Positions 1 through 8,900 of a stretch of DNA of 34,679 nucleotides are shown here, one piece after another. This stretch comes from a virus. Its lineage: Duplodnaviria > Caudoviricetes. The notes beneath the pieces are model-generated. The model saw only the letters and a program-made list of their open reading frames with translations. It did not search any database and had not been told where the DNA came from. The stretch's first letter is position 1, and each line of letters begins with the position of its first letter. The stretch is from the IMG/VR virus record IMGVR_UViG_3300027708_000195, positions 1-34,679 of that record; one strand, given 5' to 3'. The position numbers and the translations under genes were made by a program.

Positions 1-2670
1 AACGACAGGACTCACGGTAACGCTCAATACTTCCGCGCATTGTGGATGGATATTGATTGCGGCCCCACCAAGGGCGTACCTAACTCCAAAGGGATTATTG
101 AGGGCTATCTAGATCAACAGACTGGACTAGCAGAATTACAAAAGTTTTGCAAAACCGCTGGACTGCATAGACCCATACTGGTGAACTCTGGCAACGGAAT
201 TCACGCCTACTGGTTGCTCGACCGCACGGTTACTCGTCAAGAGTGGACGCCGTTAGCTAAGCGACTAAAAGCATTGTGTAAAGAGCATGGACTAATCGTT
301 GACCCACACGTCTTCGAAGCCTCACGTATCTTGCGCCCGATGCACTCGGCTAATTTCAAGAACAAAGATGACCCTAAATCCGTCACAGTTTGGAACGAGC
401 ACACGAAGCCTCTATCGTACGAAGCCTACAAAGAATTACTCGGTGCAGATGCGCCTGAGCAAGAACAGCCTGACTTTGTACCGAGAGCGATGAGCCCAAT
501 GATGGAAGCATTACTGGGTAACAAGGTTAAGAAGTTCAAGACAATCATGATGCTAGGCGAGAAGGGTTGCGCCCAACTCAATTACTGCTATGAGAATCAA
601 GAAGAACTTAGCGAACCACTGTGGATGTCTGCGTTATCTATTCCCGCTTTCTGCGTAGATGGAGACAAAGCCGCCCACAAAATGTCAGAGAAGCATCCCG
701 AGTATGACCCCGCAGAGGTTAACCAGAAACTAAAGAATATAAGAAAGAACGGTGGGCCACACCACTGCGACACATTTGAGGAGCGAAATCCCGGAGGTTG
801 TGAGGGTTGCCCACACCGAGGTAAGTTCAAGTCACCTATTGTTTTAGGTGTGGAGATTGAGCAAGCCACCGAAGAAGATAACGAAGTTGAAGTTGAAACC
901 AAACAAGGTGTAGTCAAGCACCAAATACCTGAGTACCCATTCCCATTTTTTCGTGGGAAAAAAGGTGGCATCTACGTCAGACCACAACAAGATGATGAAG
1001 AGGGCGAGCCAAAGCTAGTCTATGAACATGATCTGTATGTGATTAAGCGGATGCGGGACAAAGAGTTAGGAGAGATGGCGCTGTTTAGGCATCACCTACC
1101 GCACGACGGTATGAAAGAGTTTGCTATTACGACAGCAGCTATATCTTCTAAAGACGAGCTGCGCAAGCATCTTGCACAACAGGGAGTGATGGCACACCAC
1201 AAGCAGTATGAAAACCTTGCTACGTATGTCGTTACATCAGTCAAAAACTTACAGTACACAAAGAAAGCAGAGCTAATGAGAACACAATTCGGATGGGTAG
1301 ATGGAGACAGCAAATTTATTATGGGTGACAAAGAGATCACCAAAGACGGGACGTTCTATAGCCCGCCGTCATCAACAACAGACTTCTTCGCAGAAAAGAT
1401 TCACACCAAAGGCGACATGGAGAAGTGGAAAGAAGTATTTAATCTGTATGCAAAACCGGGCATGGAGCCCCATGCGTTTGCCGCTCTTACGGCATTCGGT
1501 GCCCCATTGTTCAAGTTCACTGGCTTAAAGGGTGCAATCATTAACGTAATCTACGAGCAGGCTGGATCAGGAAAATCAACGATTCTGCGCATGTGCAACA
1601 GCGTGTACGGAATGCCGTACGAAATGATGGCGATTGAGAAAGATACGCTCAACGCCAAGATGCAACAACTGGGTGTGATGAACAACCTGCCCAACACGAT
1701 TGACGAGATTACCAACATGCTACCCAAGGAGTTTTCCGACTTGGCATACGGCATCAGTCAAGGTCGAGGCAAACACCGAGTTAAAGGTTCAGAGAATGCA
1801 CTGCGCGTTAACAATACTTCTTGGCAGAACATGACTCTGGCATCGGCTAACGCCAGCTTCCATGAAAAGCTACTGATGTTAAAGAACGCTCCGGATGGTG
1901 AGTCAGTGCGTCTACTAGAGTACAAGATTGAGCCTAACGACGTGATTGGTATGGCTTACGGCAAGGAGATGTTTGACCATCAACTCAACGAGAACTACGG
2001 CCACGCAGGGGAAATCTACATTACTTGGTTAGTTAACAACCTTGAAGAAGCCAAGAATACATATAAACAGATTCAAGCCAAGATTGACAAAGAAGTCCAG
2101 TTCACATCACGCGAACGTTTTTGGTCAGCCGTATGCGCCACCATCATTACTGGCGGTTTAATAGCCAAAGAACTTGGTCTGCATAACTATGACATGAAAG
2201 AAATCTATAAGTGGATGAAAAGCATGTTGTCTGAGATGCGCCTTGACGTTAAGCCACCGACAGATTCTCCAGTTACAGCCCTTGGCGAGTTTGTGAACGC
2301 TCACTTAGCAATGAACACATTGGTGGTTAACGGTGAAGTTGATGCACGGACAAACATGCAGGCAATGCCGGGTATGGAACCGCGTGGAGAGTTACTAATA
2401 CGCTACGAGCCAGATACCAAACATCTATATGTAGCTGCAAAGCAGTTCAAAGAGTTCTGCGTTAAACAGCAGATCAACTACAAGAGCCTGCTTAAAACCA
2501 TGACCGACCAGCAAATCCTATTGGAAACCGTCAACAAGCGTATGTCTAAGGGTATGAAGTTGTCGTCACCAGTCGTACGGACATTAAAGTTTGACGCGGG
2601 TAAGTCTGAATATCTACAACTTGATACATTGACCGCAGATGCAAATCGAGACAGTGTCGTATCAGATTGA
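1..2670 (+). CDS. Phage primase-helicase (AEP/RepB-like primase + Cys4 region + DUF927 + P-loop NTPase), 5'-truncated
   Basis: Frame 1 is open from base 1 (NDRTHGNAQYFRALWMDID), so the true start lies upstream of the window. Primase motifs are WMDID, NSGNGIHAYW and RILR; Cys residues occur in GCAQL...HCDTF...CEGC. DUF927-like QFGW; Walker A-like QAGSGKST; Walker B-like TIDE. Confidence 0.88.
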   Translation, partial: NDRTHGNAQYFRALWMDIDCGPTKGVPNSKGIIEGYLDQQTGLAELQKFCKTAGLHRPILVNSGNGIHAYWLLDRTVTRQEWTPLAKRLKALCKEHGLIVDPHVFEASRILRPMHSANFKNKDDPKSVTVWNEHTKPLSYEAYKELLGADAPEQEQPDFVPRAMSPMMEALLGNKVKKFKTIMMLGEKGCAQLNYCYENQEELSEPLWMSALSIPAFCVDGDKAAHKMSEKHPEYDPAEVNQKLKNIRKNGGPHHCDTFEERNPGGCEGCPHRGKFKSPIVLGVEIEQATEEDNEVEVETKQGVVKHQIPEYPFPFFRGKKGGIYVRPQQDDEEGEPKLVYEHDLYVIKRMRDKELGEMALFRHHLPHDGMKEFAITTAAISSKDELRKHLAQQGVMAHHKQYENLATYVVTSVKNLQYTKKAELMRTQFGWVDGDSKFIMGDKEITKDGTFYSPPSSTTDFFAEKIHTKGDMEKWKEVFNLYAKPGMEPHAFAALTAFGAPLFKFTGLKGAIINVIYEQAGSGKSTILRMCNSVYGMPYEMMAIEKDTLNAKMQQLGVMNNLPNTIDEITNMLPKEFSDLAYGISQGRGKHRVKGSENALRVNNTSWQNMTLASANASFHEKLLMLKNAPDGESVRLLEYKIEPNDVIGMAYGKEMFDHQLNENYGHAGEIYITWLVNNLEEAKNTYKQIQAKIDKEVQFTSRERFWSAVCATIITGGLIAKELGLHNYDMKEIYKWMKSMLSEMRLDVKPPTDSPVTALGEFVNAHLAMNTLVVNGEVDARTNMQAMPGMEPRGELLIRYEPDTKHLYVAAKQFKEFCVKQQINYKSLLKTMTDQQILLETVNKRMSKGMKLSSPVVRTLKFDAGKSEYLQLDTLTADANRDSVVSD

Positions 2671-2833
2671 GTGGAAGAAGTTCCGCAAAGGGTACAGCTT
2701 CTTTGTACCCTGCATAGACGAGAAGGCCGCACGGGAAGAACTAAACCGTGTGGCTAAAAGATTAAAGATGGATATTGTTACGAAAGTAGTGTTGCTAGAT
2801 GGTATCAAAGGGCTTCGAGTCTGGCGAACCTAA
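2639..2833 (+). CDS. Small conserved phage protein (SFFVP...GLRVWR type, probably nucleic-acid binding)
   Basis: 64 aa, overlaps the primase stop. The SFFVP and C-terminal GLRVWR motifs recur in small phage proteins. Immediately followed by a terminator. Confidence 0.75.
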   Translation: MQIETVSYQIEWKKFRKGYSFFVPCIDEKAAREELNRVAKRLKMDIVTKVVLLDGIKGLRVWRT

Positions 2834-2835
2834 TG

Positions 2836-2841
2836 TAAAAT
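2836..2841 (+). promoter_or_regulatory. Candidate sigma70 -10 box (TAAAAT) for a short transcript
   Basis: TAAAAT directly after the stop of the 64-aa gene; no convincing -35 (TTCGAG at 2814-2819). Confidence 0.25.
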
Positions 2842-2846
2842 CCACT

Positions 2847-2909
2847 TATCAGTTGTCTAGGATGTTAGCTCCATCCCTCCTTTGTCCCCGCCTAGTGCGG
2901 GGATTTTTT
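2847..2909 (+). ncRNA. Candidate ~60-nt small RNA with an anti-Shine-Dalgarno tract
   Basis: Lies between the -10-like box and the terminator. Hairpin GGATG-ttagctc-CATCC (2860-2876) is followed by CCCTCCTTT (2875-2883) and then the terminator. Confidence 0.3.
2885..2909 (+). terminator. Rho-independent terminator at the convergence of the two arms
   Basis: Perfect 7-bp stem TCCCCGC-ctagt-GCGGGGA followed by TTTTTT. The U-tract is on the + strand only and overlaps the TAA of the giant gene. Confidence 0.9.
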
Positions 2910-5900
2910 ATGGGCGTTCTAGTCGGCCAGAGACTTCTCTTGTATTTTCTACGCGACCTTTAGCTTCTGCCGTCCTAGCCGCTTTACGAGACGGAGCAAG
3001 TGCATTACCAAGTAGAGGCATGTTCTTCTCGTTGAGTTCAAACCCACGTAAAGCCTTTGCGCGTTTCTCGGCATTACCTTCGAGCGCATCTGAAAGGTTG
3101 TCACCACTGATTTGGTACGTTGGGAACTTGCGATTGAACTCGTTCATGTCCTTCATGTAGGTGCCAAACTTCTTCATGTTTTTGTTTCTAAACTCACGAT
3201 CAAGATTGTTTAGCAATGCCTGACGTTCATTGAGGATGCGTTGCTGAATACCGATCGCCTTGAAGTTTACGTATTGCGTGTTAGCCAGTAAATCAGAACG
3301 GAAGCCGACAGCTTGACCAATTATTTGACCAGTAGTAAACGCATCCTTGGACAGAATCCGAGTGCCTTTGTTGTCCTTAGCGCCTTCTTTCCAATACTCA
3401 TTTGCAGTGACAAAGTTTCTAAAGCCAGCGGGCAATAGTTTTTTCACACCTTTGGCCGTGTCCCCATGCGCCAGAGCAGAAAGCCCTTCAGCCATAGACA
3501 CCATCATATTCACGCCAGCACCAGACTTCTCGAGCATCATGTTCATGACCTCTTCTTTGATTGTCTTGGCTTCTTTAGTGTCTCGCAACCATAAGTTGTT
3601 GAGGCTGGTACGGCCAGAAATATCAAGCCCAGTCAATGCGTTAACAGGACCGCGCTCAAGGATGTCGGACAGCTTCTTACCACCAATTTCAGTTTCGCCA
3701 AGTTGCTTAGGCATCCAAACAGTACGGAACCAGAACTCAAAGCTCATAGACCGTAAATCCTCAGGCCAATCTTTATCTTTCAATGCTTCCCATGCCCAGC
3801 CAAGCAAGCCCATGATAGTGCTAAACATTGGTAAAGCGACATAGCCGCCGAGGATGTAAGTCGTACCTAGAGTACCAAAGAACTTCTGCACTGCCTCAAC
3901 ACGGGTGCGTCCGTCCATCGGCTTAATCATCTCTTTAAAGTTTTTGAGCAAGAATAGCGTTACATGCAACGGATACATCATGAACTGCGTCAGTAACTTG
4001 CCGCCCAAACCCTTCATGAATGTAGGTCGGTTGTACTCGCCATAGTTGCCCAGAGCTTCGTTGGTATCGTAGGTTGCTTGGTCTACCGCCTCTTCAAAAG
4101 ATTTGCCTTCTTTTATGTTTAAGCGGAACGAGCTCATGAACATGATCTCACGAGACAAGCGCTCGGTCGAGTGCATCAGGCCACCAAGCACTAACAAGTC
4201 CACGGTACCTTTGCCAAAGTTTGTGATAGGCGAGCTTAGGTTCTCGGTAGGCGTCTTCTTATAGTCAAACACTGCGCTCGCATAAGTGGAAGTAGTCACA
4301 TCACGCGCCAGCATCTCGCGTATAGCCTTGCGCTCTAACGGAGTTAAATCCTTAGCGTGTTCAATGGAAGGTGCGACCCATGATTGAGTTCCGTCTTTGT
4401 TGGTTTTGTACACGCCGTACTGCTGCCATACCTTTAGCATAGTACCCAATTCACGGGTAGCATTGAACGCGCCGTAGCGAGACAGTACAGGCAGACCAGT
4501 CTGGAAAATACTTAAGGGTTGTAGCAAAGCAGAAGATGCGCCACCCAAATAGTAGATGTAGGAAGCTTTAGTGATACCGCCAACTATGCTGGCTGCTACG
4601 CCTTCTTTAACAGGAGAAAGAGAAGAGTCAACCCGGCCCCGCATCTCAGTCACGAACGGTTGCATACTTGGTCGGTTAGCAATCGAATCCTGCGCAGCAG
4701 ATATAGCATTACGCAACAGCGGAGCATACTTAATACGGGCAAGCTGAGTAGCCATCTTTGTAGATGTGTGTGCTACGTTACGCAGGAGGTCAGGACGGAA
4801 TCCAGTTGTTCCCTTGCGGTGGATAAACTGCCGACGGAAACTTTGCTCAGGCATGGACTGTAGGTACACCTGATACACAGCGTCTTTCAAGCGTTCTTTG
4901 GCCTCACTGTCACCTAAACTTGCACCGTCAATCGTTACAAAGATGTCACGAAGTAACACGCTTGTATTACCAGAGGCTCTGCGCAGAGTGCTGATATCGT
5001 TACCAAAGTTGTACTCTTGGTCGCCGATTAGTTCTTCTAAGTTTTCAGCCCTACGCTTTTCAAACTCTTCAGTAGTTTCGTTGGGTTTCTTTTTAACGCG
5101 CTCGTCTGCAAATTGCTGCATCGCCTCATCGCGCTGAGCTTCCGTTTCGTACATAAAAAACTTACGGGTTTTCCCTGAGCCGATAGACAGCCAGTAATCA
5201 CCTTCACGTACCAACGGAAAGTATGGGCTAATCTTTGACCCCGTCTCGTAAATTGCCCTGATTTTTTTCATCAGGTTAGCTTGCTCAGCAATCGGCAACT
5301 TGGAGTTTGTAATCTGATCGTCCAACAAACGGGACATGTACTCAGACAGGACTTCAAAATGATTCTTGATGCGCTTGTATACGCGTTGACCGTCTGTGCC
5401 AAGTTCAGCGTACATCTTGTCTAAGTTAAGACTACGTTCTTTTGCGTTGGGGTTGGACGGATCAATCTCCATCAAAGTAGACATGAACGCAATCTTGTCG
5501 AGCTTAGCCCGCAAAGTTTTGTCTGCGCGGAATGCCCGCTCAATTTCGTTTGTTAATTCACCAGCTGACCTCAACAGTTGCAGCGTCATGCCGTTCATGC
5601 GTTGAAGCAGATTAGAAACCGTCTTTAATTGCGGGACGTTGTTGCCAGCCCAATCAGCTAAGAATTCCGTAGTAGGTGCAGCTACCAAAGCTCTACGTTG
5701 CGCCGCGTTTGCTCTCTTCCATAACGCTGCTAAAGCAGGTATAACTTTACGGGGGTCCTGTGCCATCTGCAAAGCCGTTGCAGCTTTGCCAAACTCGTAG
5801 CCCTTTACGGACTCATTGAACTTTTCACCGACTACCTGAGCCTCACGCTCAATAGCCTTTTGACTTCTTACTACCTCTCCGACTTCTTGAGCTTCGTTAT

Positions 5901-8900
5901 CAAGTCCTTCACCGATGCCGATTTGTCCAGCGTTCTGATCGCTAGGCCCAGCGATTTGGGATAGGCTGGGTCGCCACCCTTCTCTTGCTCCGCTAGTGCC
6001 TTCCACTGACTCAGTAGAGCCTTCATTTTCAATTTGCTGGTACCCACCAGCGTCTTTGAAGCGGTTTCCACGAGGTTTGAGATTTCCACTACGGAACTCC
6101 TTATCTAAAAAGTCAAAAATGTCTTTGTTCTTAGCGACATGCTTAGTTAAGTTTTTCTCGACTTGGTCTAAATCAATAGCAGGGTAGACCTTCAATAAGG
6201 TCATTACCCTCTGCATCTCACTAGCAAACTCGGCACCGTGATTGCGTGCTTTAAAGTGAGCCAATTCGTGGATCATTGTACCAATCATTGATATGGCAAT
6301 TTCCTCAGGACTGCCGCGCATGTCGGTCGTCGTCGGATTGATGAACATACCCTTGAATGGGACCATGATACTAACACCGTAATACTCGTTGTCAATACTT
6401 GTACCGATTGCTTGGCTTGCTAAATCACCATATTCGCCACGGCCACCGGCTACTAGAGCACCACGAAGTAATTGGAATGTTTGGCCTATCTCAGCAAGAT
6501 ATTTGTCGTACCGAGCGCCAAACTTTTCACGAGCACGGTCAGAAAGAGATTCGGTTTTTATTGCCCCGTCAGCTTCCATCTGAGCTACTAACTCTTCCAT
6601 CGTACCGGGTTCAGTGTATTTTTTACCGTTTTTAACAGCGACCCATGCGTTGTCTATTACTACTACATCCCAGCCCTGCTGCGTTAAAACTTTATCGTCT
6701 ATCTCGAACCGAGTGTTGTCATGAATCATGACCTTCTTTGGGTTGATATCTTTCTGTGGAATAGTCAACTCATCAATGCGCACCGCAGTATTCTTCAAGT
6801 CATCGGCAGTAAGCTCCGGCAACTTTCTATTGTTGACATACAAAATTCCTTCACGAACTTCTACGCTATCTCCGGGTTTAATCAGAGTAAAAGCGTTATC
6901 AGATACTGGCGTTTTAGGTTCAAGGATTTCTGCGGTAGTCAGGCTACCGTCTAGATTGACATACTGAACTGTGCCAAAGTTTTTAATACCTGCGGCCAAA
7001 TCTAGTTGGCTATAGATTGCAGTGATGTAATTAAAGATTTTTTCAAAGTCGGAATTGGCTTGTTTTGAAAATCCTTGGCGGTTTAATTCAAACGGATAGC
7101 CAGCATCTTCAGGCTTAACGTCTGGAGAAGGAGATACATCAATATAAAAATCGCGTTGAATTGCCTTACCACCAAATCCGGGACGATCTGAAATAGTTCT
7201 ATCAAACTGCCATAAACCATTAGATAGTACATGGGTGTTATCACCATAATTTCTTTCTATCTTTTTAGATACATAGACACGCGCAGTGCCCCAAGCAAAA
7301 TTTACATTTGCAAAAGGTGTGAAATCATCAATTGGAAAATTTTTACCAAGAGATAATTTATCTGGACCATAGCCTCTATCAAACGTAACTTCTATGTCGT
7401 CAAATAAAGGGCTTTTCCCCAACACAGGATAGTAATGAGCTGAAATGGGGAATTTAATATCCTTTTCGTCGCCACTGGAAGAGTCAACATACGTCTCAGG
7501 AATCTGAACAGTTACAGACGTGCCATGCCCATCAGGGAATATGTTTTTGTATTTTTCAATCTCTTTTGAATCAGAAGAAGTTTCAATTTTTATTTCGGGT
7601 ACAACTTCTCCATTTTCCCGCATACGAGTAATAGCTGCCTGTATTGCGGGCGCAATAATTTGAATGTCTTCCGGGGAAAGAAAATCTTTTAGTTGTTCTA
7701 AAAGAGTAGCTGGGTTTGCCGCCATAGCAGCTTTTAATTCGTCGCCCGTAGTAATCAATCGAGACAGTTTGCCATCGCGTAAAGAAACAACTTCTAATTT
7801 TTTGTTCTCAAACAAGAACAACATCTTGGCAACACCAAGACCACCTGACGCACGGGATGTACCTTTTACAGTACCAGCAATCTGCAAGAACTGATTACCC
7901 ATCACACTAGTGGGCATACCGAGGCCGTTGTCAGTAATGTTGATAGTCCGTTTATCTTTATCTAACTTAATTGCAACCTTACCGTTTTTAACCTGACCGT
8001 TTTCAATAGCTTCTTTAATAGCATCAAAAGAGTTTTGAAACAGCTCTTTGACCGATACCGTAGTAATGTCTTCGGGTGTGCCATATAACTTAGTACCAAG
8101 CATTTTTGCAAGACGTTGGACGTTAGCACTTGGTTTAGCACTTACTGTTTCTCCACTGATAGAAAACGTACTGTCAGCTTCCGTATCCTTACCTTTGCCA
8201 AATCCAAACATGCTACTGACGGACTGGCCGTTTATTTGAACTCCGGGGACACGCGCTTTCAAAATGTTGTCGGTTGCGACAATGAGGTCGGTCAGTGCGT
8301 TGATGTCGGTATCTTTCATACCAAGCAGATCACGCAGTGCAGAAACAAACCGAGTAAAGAATGGCATGTCTGCCTCGTAGCCGTGCGCTTGCATCAAGAA
8401 GTTCTGCATCTGTGGGTCGGTTAAACCATAGGACACAAACTCACGGGGGTCGTTGAAGATGTCTCCGTCATAGCGAAGCGCAACCATATCCATCGACAAC
8501 TTCTTCTGCTTAGCTAGGTCTTCGTATGTACGAGCCGCACTGTTCATGATGCGGATTAAATCTTGCGCTGCTCTAACTGCCGGAGTGTTTAGGTAGACAC
8601 CCTTTTTGATGTACTCAAATGCAATAGCCAACTTGCGGTTAGTCGCAGCGTGCAAGAGTTCATGCAAGATAGTGATGTTGTTGATACCTTGAGAATTGCC
8701 AAATGACGCGCCACGCACATAGATAACGCGGTCACCTGTCTTGTAGTTCTCAATATAGAGCGCAATCGAACGATCCCATGCCTTAGCATTTCTAGGAGTC
8801 TTGAGTTGCTCAGGTATTTCTTGACCTTCTTCCAGTACAACAAACTTAACACCCTGCACAAAACTGCGAAGGCGCTTAGCCAACCGAGCTTGGAATGGCG

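Noticed and set aside
40-42. TTG start of the 876-aa ORF in the track
   Set aside because: The frame is open to base 1 and the start falls inside the first primase motif, so the gene begins upstream of the window.
2885-2903. Bidirectional terminator
   Set aside because: The - strand reads CAAA after the hairpin, with no U-tract.
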